In this document: positions 43,443-56,894 of the stretch, one piece after another
How positions within the stretch are numbered: position 1 is the stretch's first letter
Layout: the number at the start of each line of letters is the position of its first letter
Assembly: GCA_951406725.2 (NCBI GenBank)
Contig: OX597830.1
Span: 17,422,001-17,486,000, forward strand
DNA length: 64,000 nt
From: Octopus vulgaris
Taxonomy: Eukaryota
Reading direction: 5' to 3'
The notes under the pieces: generated by a model
What the model was told of the DNA's origin: nothing
Database searches by the model: none
Seen by the model: the letters and a program-made list of their open reading frames with translations, nothing else
Translations under genes and position numbers: made by a program

Positions 43443-43499
<57 letters not shown>

Positions 43500-43502
<3 letters not shown>

Positions 43503-44500
43503 CTATTATGATGTACCAGCTCGCTCCCTCCAAGATGTATGTGGAACCTTTTATAACTGTGAATGGTCAAATATTGGAGACTGTGCCTAGATTTATTTAT
43601 TTAGGAAGTACCTTGAGCATACAGAATCAGCAGGGCTAGTAATGCTTTTGGTAGGCTTGATAGGTGTCTATAGAGACAACATAATATATCTTCACAAGTT
43701 AAAGTTAAGTTATATAACACGTGCGTATGACAGGCATCTTTGCTATATGGGAGTGAGGCATGGATTGTTTATCGTAGGCATGTAAGGCAATTGGAACGAT
43801 ACCATCAATATTGCCTGAGAAAATTTTGGGGATAAACTGGAAAATGGACATTAGTAATGTGGAGGTGCTTCAAAGGAGTAGCAGTGGAAATATACAGTCA
43901 ATGATTTTGCAAAGACGTTTGAGGTGGGTAGGTGGGGGGAACATTTGGTAAGGACGAGTGATGAGTGACTGCCCTAGCAGCTATTGTATGGTGAGCTGAA
44001 AGATGACAGGAAACCAGCGCATAAGCCTAAACTAAGGTTTAAGGATTGCCTTAAAAATGCTCTAAGACAGACAGGAATTGCAACTGGTAATTGGGAAAGA
44101 GAGGCACAAGACCGCGATGGATGGAGGAGGATAGTGCATAGTGGTTAGCGGGAGGGAGTGAAGTATGAGAGAATTAGGAGAGGGCTTAGAGAGTGTTGCT
44201 TTTTATGTGTGTGGTTTGTAGGAAGAGGTGTTTGAGTCGTGCAGGCCTGGTGAATTATCAAAAATCTCACAGGAATCGACCCATGAGAAACAGTGACGTG
44301 GGTATTAAAATTCACAACAGAACATGTAAAATGTGGAAGGGTGTTCCTCTCAGCTGGCGGTCTGAGAAGACACGTTAAGAGAGTGCATATAGTGGCACCT
44401 GTTTCTCCTGCCAGCCAGCACAGTTGTGCAGTATGTAATAAAATGTGTAAAAGTTTGACTGGGCTTAAAAGTCATATAGTGTACATCTGTCTGTGAGTGT
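43500..44500 (+). mobile_element. RTE-clade LINE 3' fragment with C-terminal C2H2 fingers
   Basis: [54 protein letters not shown], then three C2H2-like motifs. Confidence 0.9.
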
Positions 44501-45429
44501 ATGAGTGTGTATATGTTTGTGACTGTGTGTGTTACCGCGTTACGTACATTATTAAGCATAAACATACACACACACACATCTACACATACATATACATATG
44601 TGGCGACTGACATTTCTGAATGTATGTGTGTGCGAGAGTGCTAGAGGTGAAACTCTTGAAAAAAAAGAAAACCGAGGAGGTGGCAAAATCCAAGGTATAT
44701 ATAAAAATACAAATTTACTGTTCCATTACCTGTTAATAATTATCGCAGCAGGTGAAAGGTTGCAAGGTATTTAAAATTACATATTTACAATTACATGACG
44801 AAATTTATCCTATAAATACCTTATTCTTTGTCTCTCTGTAATAACTATTATAGCATTTACTGCTAAATTAGCAGTTCTATACACGTGCTTCTATTTCCTT
44901 TCATTTGCTTGTATTTCGTTAATTTACACGGCATACAAAAATTCAGACATACCACGCGGGAAGCCATTATGCCTTATTTTCTCAAGTAATTCGTTACTAC
45001 ATATTCTCATGTGACTACATAGGCTCACTTTATGATTCTTATTCTACAGTCACACCAGCAATCCAATGTCAACCCTTCGCCTACTGCAACATTTCACTTC
45101 CCCGTTGCCGTCTCCCATTGCAGCCAATTTCCAGAATATTCGCATCTTCGTACAATATCTCTATTACACCTCAATTTATTTGACTGTCAACCATACGATG
45201 GGTCGTAGTAGACGCAGCGCTGACTGCCTCGAATGCGAGTATATCCACCGACAGCTTTTCGCTGGGTTCATAAATTACATATCCTCCCCCACTCCCAGTT
45301 TTCCATGATAGGTTAGGGCCTGGAATCCTCCAAACGGACATATAAATGTTGCTTAGTCGAATTAGACCATCATTTACTCCACAAATGTTTTGTCGTCAAT
45401 TTCCCGTATCACTTGTTTCAACATAACTG

Positions 45430-45509
<80 letters not shown>

Positions 45510-45539
45510 GTATGTATGTATATATATATATATATATAC

Positions 45540-45676
45540 GCGATGCGTTTTTTTAGTTTCCGTCCACCAAATCCACTTACAAGACATTGGCCAGCCTACG
45601 GTTATAATGGAAGACACTTGCCCAAGATGCCACACAGTGGAATTGAACCCAGAAACATGTGGTTGGGAAGCAAGCT
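45540..45676 (-). mobile_element. SINE B 5' half
   Basis: Family B head on the minus strand. Confidence 0.8.
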
Positions 45677-45861
45677 TCTTCCCACTCAGCCATGCCATGT
45701 TTAATAATACGATATTTTCACTCATTATTGATAACATAATCAGCCATGCCTGGTTGAAACTTTCGACAACGTATCACGTAAAAACGCATTGCTTCGAAAC
45801 AAACCTTTTAAACCCCACAGCCTTTCTAAACGGTGCGCGCATAAAAACACATACACACACA

Positions 45862-45918
<57 letters not shown>

Positions 45919-46652
45919 CCTGTTTTTCCTTGTGTTTCACTCTGCCTATCTATCTCTTTATCTTTTTCACACTCACAGGCATACGTGCATATGCTGCAAG
46001 ACTTGAAGCACAGGAATTCTCCGAAGCTAAATTCCAAAGTAATTTGCCAATAACGTGCCTACTAAGCGATTGATGGGATAAAGTTGCCAGGAATAGCTAT
46101 AAGTGAGAGCATTTCTTCGTTTTTGCACGTGATGTTGCTTTAATTATTAGTTTTAACCGATCGAAATTGATATTCAATATGACATCATTTACGCCATTAT
46201 TAATTAATTAATACACTGTAGAGTGTCATATATGATTATTGTCACCTCTTTGTTGTCGGCATTCAACCATTATAGATATGTGAACTATGTACAAATATTT
46301 ACAAGTCTACTATAGACGGCGATTACCTCTTCATTGGATCTGAAGGCATTTCAAGGATTTCGGAATAGCGATCCCTCACCTGACAATTTTTTCTCCTTAT
46401 CTTCATAGTTTTAACGCATACAATATTTTTTTCATATTTGGAATTTATCGATCCATTTTCGTTGTACAGTATCTTTAAACAGTTTCTTAAAAGAGAAAAA
46501 AGGGAGAGATTTATCAGCACAAACATGGCTGTGTGGTAAGAAGCTTGCTTTCCAACCACATCTTCCCGTGTTCGGTTTCATTGTCTGACATCTCGGGCAG
46601 CGTAAACCCTTTGTGAGGTAGATTTGACAGACGGAAACTGAGAAAGCCTGTC

Positions 46653-46687
<35 letters not shown>

Positions 46688-47096
46688 CTCTTTTACTCTT
46701 TTACTCTTTTACTTGTTTCAGTCATTTGACTGCGGCATGTTGGAGCACCCGCCTTTAGTCGAGCAAATCGACCCCGGGTCTTATTCTTTGTAAGCCCAGT
46801 ACTTATTCTATCGGTCTCTTTTGCCGAACCGCTAAGTGACGGGGACGTAAACACACCAGCATCGGTTGTCAAACAATGCTAGGGGGACAAACACAGACAC
46901 ACAAACACACAGACACACACATATATATATATATACGACGGGCTTCTTTCAGTTTCCGTCTACCAAATCCACTCACAAGGCATTGGTCGGCCCGGGGCTA
47001 TAGCAGAAGACACTTGCCCAAGATGCCACGCTGTGGGACTGAACCCGGAACCATGTGGTTGGTAAGCAAGCTACTTACCACACAGCCACTCCTGCG

Positions 47097-47098
<2 letters not shown>
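46688..47098 (-). mobile_element. SINE B, full length
   Basis: Near-identical to 39908-40320; a diverged plus-strand head lies at 46520-46655. Confidence 0.92.
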
Positions 47099-47151
<53 letters not shown>

Positions 47152-47720
47152 TAAGCATTTTTCCCGGCGTTCAAACGACTCTGCCAGCTTGACGTCTTAA
47201 AAGATCAATCTTAATGTTAAAAAGAAAAGTAATAATTATATTAAGAAAAAAGTAATCAATTAACAGAAAAATAATAATTAGGAAATATGTATGGAATGAT
47301 TTACAGTTCACTGTATAAATTTTATGTATTGATTTCTGTGTATAATCCAGTAGATAGTGTCGAGTTTGACGCTTGGTAGAAACAATTATCCGCTGCTTTT
47401 GAAATTCAATTTTTGTACTGAGTTGAACTTCATGATGCACAAAAAGAAAACAAAAAATAAAAAACAGTGAAAATAAAAGCAGAATAAAATCTGCTTAATC
47501 CTCTAATTGTAAAATGTAAAGTGTGTCTGTGGGTCATATTGCCTGTGAGTTCGTCTTTGGTACTTTGGTACTTCAAAGTGTTTGAAATAGCGTGAACAGA
47601 AACGTAAATTATTATGTCCCGATTTATGAGTGAAATGATTTCAATGAATATCTGTTTCTCTCTTTCTGTCTCTATCTGCGCATAAGTGTTTGTGTGCGCA
47701 CGTGTGTGACATTACACACA

Positions 47721-47761
<41 letters not shown>

Positions 47762-47949
47762 GAACAAAGGAAATCAGGCGAGTTTCCTTATAAAACGTTT
47801 AGTTACATACCATGCATTTTATTAGCAATGAATGATCATCAGTTATATAATGTAAGCTGTATCATTCAATTACATTGTCAATTCTTCAGAGATGCGTAAC
47901 TCTCATTCGTAGTTTTACGTATACATACTGATTTAGTGATATAACTGGT

Positions 47950-48460
47950 GATGCGACAAATTTTAAATTCGGTTTAGAATTTAGTATAAAAAATTTTGCA
48001 ACAGGTATAAAAAGTCTCGTGAAAATATATAGGAGATATTTGAACAGCCAAAATGTCTTTGAATAGAGTTCGTATGTCGACAAGGATTCGCTGTTATTGA
48101 GATCTTGACGAAGTGGTGCAAACTGCCTGACATCTTAAAAGTTTTGAATTTGTTTACTGAGATGACACCATTGACAATAGCAATTTACAGAGAGGCATGA
48201 AGAAGTCTGAGGAGGAGTAAACCAATATGACAAACTACACACTGGGAGACTATCAACTGCCGCTGCTGGCACGATTTTCAGGAAGCATTTGAAGCCAGTG
48301 AAAATATTTTTGTTCGATCTGGTGACAAGGGATGAAATTTGAGCATATCTTTCGTATCTGAGAATGAAGGTGCATTTAATGAAATGTCATCAGTCCCTTT
48401 CTCAAAGAGTTAAGACGTTCGGTGCAAATAATTATTGTGATTGTTTTGGATGACAAGGTG
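47950..48460 (+). mobile_element. Highly decayed mariner fragment
   Basis: DLVTRDEI (compare IVTGDETW) and an SxK..I..FW-like remnant. Confidence 0.4.
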
Positions 48461-48844
48461 AGTGTGTGAGGATATGTATATATATATATATGTATATATA
48501 TATAAAATTCAAATTACGATAAATGTAAACGAATAAAGTTTGCTTGTAGAAGCGTTGAGATGTATTGAAAGATACAGATAAGGAAATAATTTATTTTCAA
48601 ATGCAGAATAATGCTGACAGAACAGCATAAAATATCCATATTTTGCGGAAAAATTTTTCAGTGGCCAGCCATGAGACCATGAGACATCCCAAATGAAATC
48701 ACATCTCAAATTAAATTCAAATTAAATTCAAATTACATCTCAGCGCTTCTACAAGCAAACTTCGTTTGTTTACATTTTTCGTAATTTGAACGTACAGCGT
48801 CTTATAAAGCTAGATTTATAAGTTCAAAAATTGCGAATTGATTT

Positions 48845-48916
48845 GTCAGTTTAGCTTAATGGTAAAGCACTTGATCGGTAATCACAGGGATGTGAGTTCG
48901 AGTCTCATGGCTGGCC
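48845..48916 (+). pseudogene. tRNA-like cloverleaf (anticodon position GGT, Thr-like), probably a repeat head rather than a functional tRNA
   Basis: Acceptor GTCAGTT/GGCTGGC, D arm GCTT/AAGC, T arm GTGAG-TTCGAGT-CTCAT; irregular anticodon arm. Confidence 0.6.
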
Positions 48917-49017
48917 GCTGTCAAAATTTTTCCGCAAAATATGGATATTTTATCCTATTCCTGCTGTTCTGTCAGCATTATTCTACGTTGAGAATGAATT
49001 ATTTCCTAATATACATA

Positions 49018-49059
<42 letters not shown>

Positions 49060-49574
49060 AATCCTCTGTATCCCAGGATGGTTCAGCTCTCCACCCGTTA
49101 AAAGCCACCGTGTTCTGCTATTCTGAACAAAGTAGTCGCATCCCCATATCTGTCGAGCCTACTCAGCCCAGCATCGCTTCTTCTTCTGTCATCACTGGAA
49201 TTCGTCCAACGGAAGTGAGGAGGAGTGGGCGGGGCGGAGGCGATTGTTGCATAATAAGACACGGAACGAAAATAAAGTTTTACGAAGAAGAAATCTTCAT
49301 GCGACTTCCTGACCTTTTAGTTTTGTGTCTACCATTTTCTACTTATGTGACATTTGGGAGATGTTTTATTTTTAGAATTTTCGTGTATTTTAGCGACGTC
49401 ACATCTTTTTAGATTAATTTCTTTTAATCTGTGTGTGTGTGTGTGTGTAGGAGTGCGCTATGTAATGTGTGTGCGTATATGTCTATATGTGTCTGTATGA
49501 CTATTGTCAGACAGAGAGGTCAATTTCTCTTGCAATTTTATAGTTTTTATTTATGTATTTATTTATTAATTGTC

Positions 49575-49637
49575 ATTATTATTATTATTATTATTATTAT
49601 CGTCATCATCATCATTCTTCTTCTTCTTCTTCTTCTT

Positions 49638-49668
<31 letters not shown>

Positions 49669-49789
49669 TTGTTATTGTTCTTGTTTAGTTGTTGTTGGTG
49701 TTGTTATTACTATTATTACCATTGATATCATTGTTACTACTACTACTACTAGTACCACCACCACCACCACCACCACCACCACCACCACC

Positions 49790-49850
<61 letters not shown>

Positions 49851-51010
49851 ATACTACTACTAATACTACTACTACTACTAAACACTGTTTAGTTTAGTTT
49901 CTTTTACTTATTTATTACGGCGAATTGGCTTTAATACTTTCTTTACTCACCCACGGTTTTACTCGGTGTCTTCTCTTATCTTTTCGTTTAATTCCACTGC
50001 TTTAAAAGCAGCCATATTTATTTATCTTTCAAACAATAAAATAAGAATTATACAGTCACAGTTAGAATCAAAAACTGAATCTTTCTTCTTCTTAGAATAA
50101 TAAAAAATGGCTAAAGTATTTAAAACAAATCAACTTTAATAGCAAGTCGAAATCGACAGCAACAATAATACCAACAACAACAACGGAGGGTGGCGGCGGG
50201 GCAGTGGCGATGGCGATGACAGGGACAATGGCGGCGGCGACGGCAATGGTTACGACAAGAACTGCAATAACAAACTATTAACATAAAACGGAATAAATAT
50301 TACAGCAATCTTAACGACCACCACATCGACGATGACGACGACTATCACCCCCACCCCCACCCCCACCCCCACCAACACCACTGCTTCTGCCACAAGATCA
50401 ACATGACTAGCAACCGGAACAACAACAACAAGGAAATTACACAATGACTATATATAACAACAACAACAATAAAGTAATAGAATGCGGAACAGCAGCCACA
50501 ACAAAAAACAGAAAATGTACAATAACAACAACAACTGTGATCTCAGCGACAGAAAAAAAATGTACGATCATCGTCATCACCACCATCATCATCATCACCA
50601 TCATCATCATCACCGCCACCACGACCATCATCATCATCACCACACCACCATCACCACCATCCTCCTCCTCCCCCTCATCATCCTCATCATCACCACTATC
50701 ATCATCACCATCATCACCATCATCATCATCATTACTAACATCATCATCATCATCACCACCCTCATCCTCCTAATCATCATCATCGTCATCACCATCATCA
50801 CCACCACCATCATCATCATCACCATCACCACCATCATCATCCTAATCACCACCACCATCATCATCATCACCACCACCACCACGACCACCATCATCATCAT
50901 TGTCGTAGTCGTTGCTATGACCGTCGGCGTCTTCATCATTGCCATGGTCGTCACCGCGTCCATCACAGTCGTCGCCGTCGTCATCATTAGAGTGATCATG
51001 ATGGTGATCG
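49575..51010. repeat. Compound trinucleotide arrays (ATT, CTT, CCA, CTA, CAT)
   Basis: Direct reading. Confidence 0.95.
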
Positions 51011-51289
51011 ATACCGTTAGCTTCGATGTTGTATGGAATATTTCAATCTAAAGTGTTGTAGGTGGTGATCGATCGCCGTGATCAAATTCAAGGTATTTTC
51101 GCCTACAACATCTTGGTTTCACATTCTTATTAAACTTAAGAGATCTATTCTGCTGAAGAGTACTGCCGAGTACCCGTTTTATGTTGGTGCCCACCTGAAA
51201 AGTACCCGTCTTCCTGGCATTGCTTTCATCGATTGAGATCTATAAAAATCGACTTTGATGACTGAAATGAGACGTTATCATTATTACCG

Positions 51290-51510
51290 AGAGCTGGCAG
51301 AGGGGTGCGAGCTGGTAAGATCGTTAACACGCCGGGTAAAATGTTTAGCGGCATTTCGTCCGTCTTCACGTTCTGAGTTCAAATTCCGCCGAGGTCGACT
51401 TTGACTTTCATCCTTTCAGGCGTGGCACATTGGGCGGCAAGTGTCTTCTACTATAGCCTCGGGCCGACCAAAGCCTTGTGAGTGGATTTGATAGACAGAA
51501 ACTGGATTGG
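51290..51510 (+). mobile_element. SINE A head fused to a SINE B internal fragment
   Basis: Family A sequence to 51420, then GTGGCACATTGGGC..GTGTCTTCTACTATAGCC of family B. Confidence 0.75.
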
Positions 51511-51787
51511 AACTAGAGAAGGAAAAGAGCCGGAACGAATGTTATGTATGTATGTATGTATGTATGTATGAAACCACATGTGAATCGTTAGAGATTGTCT
51601 TCCTCCATCTTCCTTTCTATTGAACTTTCCTTTGCTTTTGAAGAAGAGCATCTCCTCGAAGCATAAACCATCTTTCTTTCTTTCCCTGAGTATCTGCTAA
51701 TACTCTACATGTACCACGTCCTAGCGTTGTTGTGTTTTTGTGTTTGTTCTTTTTTGGATTTACTATATATATATATATATATATATA

Positions 51788-52007
51788 ACCGTGATCACCG
51801 TGACCGATCAGGCTATCAGATGTTGCTACACATCGCTGGTCACAATGCAATTCGCATTGTTTTAACCTTCAAATGACGCCACCCCGCTGGTTAAGCGAGC
51901 AAGCCAACAGAAGAAAGAGTGAGAGAATGTTGTGCCGGAGCCTCGTGGAGCTTTAGGTGTTTTCGCTCAATAAACACTCACAACGCCCGGTCTGGGAATC
52001 GAAACCG

Positions 52008-52010
<3 letters not shown>
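51788..52010 (-). mobile_element. SINE C with tail type 2, deleted
   Basis: Reverse complement matches 7320-7580 with an internal deletion. Confidence 0.85.
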
Positions 52011-52069
<59 letters not shown>

Positions 52070-52249
52070 GTTTGTTCCTGCGTGACTACAGGCCATCTTT
52101 TCTCACCTCTGTCTTTTCTTGATGCGACGCATACTTAACTGGAAATCATTTCTTTTCACCTCCTGACATTTTCTTTCTCTTATTTTTTCTCTTCTGCTAT
52201 TTTCTTCTCTTCTATTTATTCTATATCCTTCCTTCCAAAACTTCTCCCA

Positions 52250-52430
52250 GGTGTCTTCTGCTACTGTCTGGGGCCGACCAAAGCCGTATGAGTGAATTTG
52301 GTAGTCAGAAAAAGTGCCCGATGAAATATAGGTACTAGGCTTATAGAGAATAAGTCCTGGTGTCGATTTGCTCGAGTAAAGGTGATGCTCCAGAATAGCC
52401 ACTGTCAGATGACTGAAACAAGTAAAAGAA
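52250..52430 (+). mobile_element. SINE B, deleted and diverged
   Basis: GCCGACCAAAGCC and the family tail motif. Confidence 0.75.
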
Positions 52431-53058
52431 TATGTACACGTACACACACGCACGCGCACACACACACAGACACACACACACATACACACACACACACACA
52501 CATATATAATTATAACAATAAGGGTTTTGCAACAAGTTGCTTGACCACATACCGAATATATATATATATATATAAGATAATATGTTACAATTACTCAATA
52601 GTCAAGATAAAACTCTGAGTTTCAGATGCCGAAGTGGTTATCTTCGGTTATCTGGCCATCTGAAAAACGCTATGAAAAAATACCGTTATATATATATATA
52701 TATAATAACAATAGGAAACTCATGGTTTATGCTGGCATGTCTTTAATTAAATAGGTAGCAAAGAAGTATCTGCTTCTTATTTCTTTGTTACCTATTTAAT
52801 TAAAGACATGCCAACGCAAACCATGTGTTTCCCATTGTTATTATATCCATTTTCTTCTTTTATAGAACCTAAAATCCGGTTTACCAACCGAACCACTTGC
52901 TGCCATGCAATCGTTCAAAAGCCTGTACCTACCCAACTAATAGCCAGGAGCGACTCTCGATTCAATTATCACTTAGAGGTATTAAACTCCTCTAACTTGA
53001 TACATACATACATATATATATATATAAACGAGAAAAGAAGCAACAAGAATGGATTAGT

Positions 53059-53149
53059 TTTTAGTACAATTGTTTCATACAAAGACAGGCTTTATTAAAA
53101 GTTGCAAATATTGCAGCAGATAAAAGTGTCCCGTACTCATCAGCTAAAA
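53059..53149 (-). ncRNA. Type I hammerhead ribozyme downstream of a PLE ORF 3' remnant (53030-53390)
   Basis: Minus strand TTTTAG-CTGATGA-GTAC...GTAT-GAAA-CAATTG-TA-CTAAAA; canonical core, palindromic stem III. Confidence 0.8.
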
Positions 53150-53712
53150 TACATATGAGTTCTCCAAACATCTTAGTGGGTGAGGCTACACTCATGAAGT
53201 ATTGGAGATAATTTCATTAAAAGCAGATTCAGGTTGTAAACAGACTTCCAAAGTTCTTTAATGATGATGCACAGTCTTATCACAGGTTTTAAAAAAGCTT
53301 ATTAGTTTCACAGAGAAGTTTAATCCATCCATAGTGTAGGTGTAAATTTCCAGAGATATGAGGAGGTATTTCATACTCACATATATATAAGTAACATGAT
53401 ATCAAGTTGTAATGCAGTACGACGCTTCAAACGACTCCATTTAATTGAACAATGCAATCATTATATCAATTTAAATGCAGTGGTGTCTTCAGGTGCACAA
53501 AATATAGAACATTTTAACAAGTAGGACACATTGATATGGAGCCACTTGAAACGGTCGTACTGCATTACTACTTGATATCCTGTTTCTTATTTTGAGTTTA
53601 TTCACCATACTTCGAGCTGAGCGGATAATACCGGACTGACTTGGTGCTTGAAACTTACTCAATTCAACTACCAAATTCAACTGAATCCTAATTATTTTAA
53701 ATATATATATAT

Positions 53713-53794
<82 letters not shown>

Positions 53795-53827
53795 ATACAC
53801 ACATATATTATATATGCACATGTTTAT

Positions 53828-53888
53828 GATTGATTGATTGATTGATTCTAGTTTCAGCTTATGAGCTGTGGCCATGCTGGGGCACCGT
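53828..53888 (-). mobile_element. CR1/L2-type LINE extreme 3' tail with (AATC)n
   Basis: CGGTGCCCCAGCATGGCCACAGCTCATAAGCTGAAAC, homologous to 56905-56945. Confidence 0.75.
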
Positions 53889-54381
53889 GTATATTTATAA
53901 GCATACATGCATATACATGTACATACATGTATGTAAACACATACACACAGATATAGACATTATAAGCACATACATACCCACACCCGTTGCAAAATTAAGT
54001 AGGCAATGGAATGAAAAGTTATGGATGTGATAGTAATGCGCGCGCATGTGCGTATATGTATATGTGTGCGTGTATGTGTGTGTGTTTGTGCATGTGTATG
54101 TGTGTGTCTTTGTGTATGTATGTGCGAAGATTTTACGGAAGTATTACTTCTGGTCCGTTTTGTGAATAAATAATTGAGGTTCGGTGGTTGTGAATTGTCC
54201 TTCAAACAATGAGATTCTCGTATTGGTCTCCAGGGAATAGTTTCTGGCGTTTCTTAGTAAATGACTTTTTTCCCAAAAACGGTTGGGACTAACTTTTCAT
54301 ACAATTGTGCACGCACATGCACACACACACGCACAAACACGCACACACTCAAACGCACACGAATATACAGGTTGTTGACGT

Positions 54382-54423
<42 letters not shown>

Positions 54424-54467
54424 TTATAAATATATACATACACTCACACATATATACATGCATATAT

Positions 54468-54531
<64 letters not shown>

Positions 54532-54616
54532 CATATATATAAATATATATATACATACACTCACACATATACATACACATACATACATGCATGTATCATA
54601 CGTACATATACTTATA

Positions 54617-54673
<57 letters not shown>

Positions 54674-54796
54674 GTAGATATATATATAAATATATACATA
54701 CACTCACACATATATATATACACATACATGCATGCGTATATCATATATAAATGTAAATATAGGTGTATATGTATGTTTGCGCGTGTGTGATATATG

Positions 54797-54844
<48 letters not shown>

Positions 54845-55702
54845 AATTATATGCAGATACATACAATATATACACGCACACACACACATATATATATACA
54901 TGCAGGGCTTGAAACATAAATTCATTCGCGACTCAATGTTCACTTACTAGGCAACTATTTCTGCGTGTGTTAATGCGTAAGAATGGAAATAAACCGCATT
55001 CATGCCAATATTTTAACTTTCACTTATCAATAAATAATCTCTCTCCCTTTTTCTTTCTCTCTCTCTCTCGCATGTGCACACACACGCGCACGCATACACA
55101 CACAGACGTACACGGACACGTATCCATACACATCTATGCATACTGAAAACAGAGAGAGAGAGAGATATTGCTTTGCAATCTTTCATTTAATGATAGCGTG
55201 AAAGCAGCAAGATTTTATTGAATGAACGAATGCAATATTCTAAGGTATATGCCCACCTATGTTAAAGTTTCAATACAAAGATATGCATATATACATCTAT
55301 TAGCCATTTTTCTATCTTCGATCGCATTGTTCACATAGACGTATTCGTATACTTAAGGCCGTAAATTTCTGCGCTGGCTCTAAACTCTAATTTCCATAGG
55401 AAATCTGTAGAGGTAACTTTAGAAAGTGGTTGAATCGCACAGGTTGAAATTAATTAATCAAGAAGTAATCAGTTAATTTCACCCTTTGTTATTATTGATA
55501 ATTGTATTTTTCTCCCAGAAAAAAAAAACTGTAGCATCTTACTTTGGCAACACGCTGGTGGACAGGGTAGAGTGACTTACTCTCATTCATTTTTTGAATT
55601 TGGCGGCACTAGCACGGAATATGATCTCTCTGATACCGTTAGGTGAAAAGATATTTTCCAGTGCCTTCAAATTTAATATACAATTATTTATAAGTGAAGA
55701 AT

Positions 55703-55795
55703 CCTACGCTGAAGAGACGAAAATAGTCGGGTAAGGTATAATTATTTATTATTTATGCTTTATACTGACTTAATTCCGAAACGTACGTCCGTGGG
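55703..55795 (+). ncRNA. Type I hammerhead ribozyme with long stem II, in a pLTR-like repeat (to about 55972)
   Basis: CCTACG-CTGAAGA-...-GAAA-CGTACG-TC-CGTGGG. Confidence 0.75.
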
Positions 55796-56002
55796 TAACC
55801 TAATATAGAATGCTTTTCGTCATTTTTCCCTTTTGCCTGCGTGGTTTGTTTTGAAGTGGTTTGTTTTTTCTGGGAACTCCCTTTAAAGTAGGAATAGTTA
55901 AGAATTTTTGACTGCTATTTCTAAACTTCGGTATGTGGTGAAGCAAATCGTTGCTGAACCCTAATTATATAGTATATGTATGTATATATATGTATGTATG
56001 TA

Positions 56003-56093
<91 letters not shown>

Positions 56094-56143
56094 ATAATTC
56101 TGTATTTCCCTAATAACGAAGTCTCATCCTTTCGTTGTTACTT

Positions 56144-56209
<66 letters not shown>

Positions 56210-56214
<5 letters not shown>

Positions 56215-56880
56215 TATATGGATACAGGACGTCATCAACTGTAAACAACATGAAGTACGAAAACAAGCGAGTTTAATATGCAAACAACGACGGAAAAATT
56301 TTAAAACAGGACAAGTAACACAAAAAGAGACCCTTCATCAGTTGTCGGCTGTGTATCTGCTCCTCATTTCGAGAATTCAACGACAATATGAGTTTTCGAA
56401 GACAGTTGCTCCCATAACTTCCAAAATATATTTTGGATTTTATGGAGGGTCAAAGTTGGGAAAAAAAACAAGAAAGTGGAGACATACATGGAGACATACA
56501 AGGAAACCGAATGAAAACAAATATGGAGGGTTGTTAGACCAGAACGAAGGGAAAAGAGTGAACGCTGGGAGAAATATTTTCTTTGAAAAGAGAAAAGATA
56601 GAAGAGAGGGATAGAAGACGCTCAGTCCTTAGAACGTCTCGTAGGAAAAGAAAGATGGTCACGCGAAGAAAAGAAAGAGGAACGATGGTCACGTGTGAGC
56701 AACGAGAGATAGAAAAGGAGAAAGAGGGAGAGAGAGACAGATAGAAAACGGTGAAGGGGTGGAAAAGGGAATTAGAGAAGGATGGGGGAGATAACAGTAT
56801 AGTGACACATCAAAAAGGTTAAGATAAACTTAGCTGGAAATGGATGCGTGGCGTTCAATTAAATAATCATTTAGGTAATA
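56210..56880 (-). mobile_element. PLE-related non-coding repeat
   Basis: Shares GACGTCCTGTA and CAGCCGACAACTGATGAAGGG with 41060-41230; ends in (TA)n. Confidence 0.55.
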
Positions 56881-56894
56881 TATATATGTGCATA

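Noticed and set aside
44193-44496. Host C2H2 zinc-finger gene exon
   Set aside because: Contiguous with a stop-ridden RTE ORF and frameshifted.
49110-49412. 100-aa ORF in complex sequence as a host exon
   Set aside because: No recognisable domain; abuts (TA)n like the other repeat fragments.
50444-51051. His/Ser/Thr/Ile-rich ORFs, also at 13611-13935
   Set aside because: Trinucleotide repeat arrays with no domain or splice evidence.
51153-51270. CTGAAGA-GTAC as a hammerhead
   Set aside because: No convincing GAAA-stem III-UH-stem I closure.
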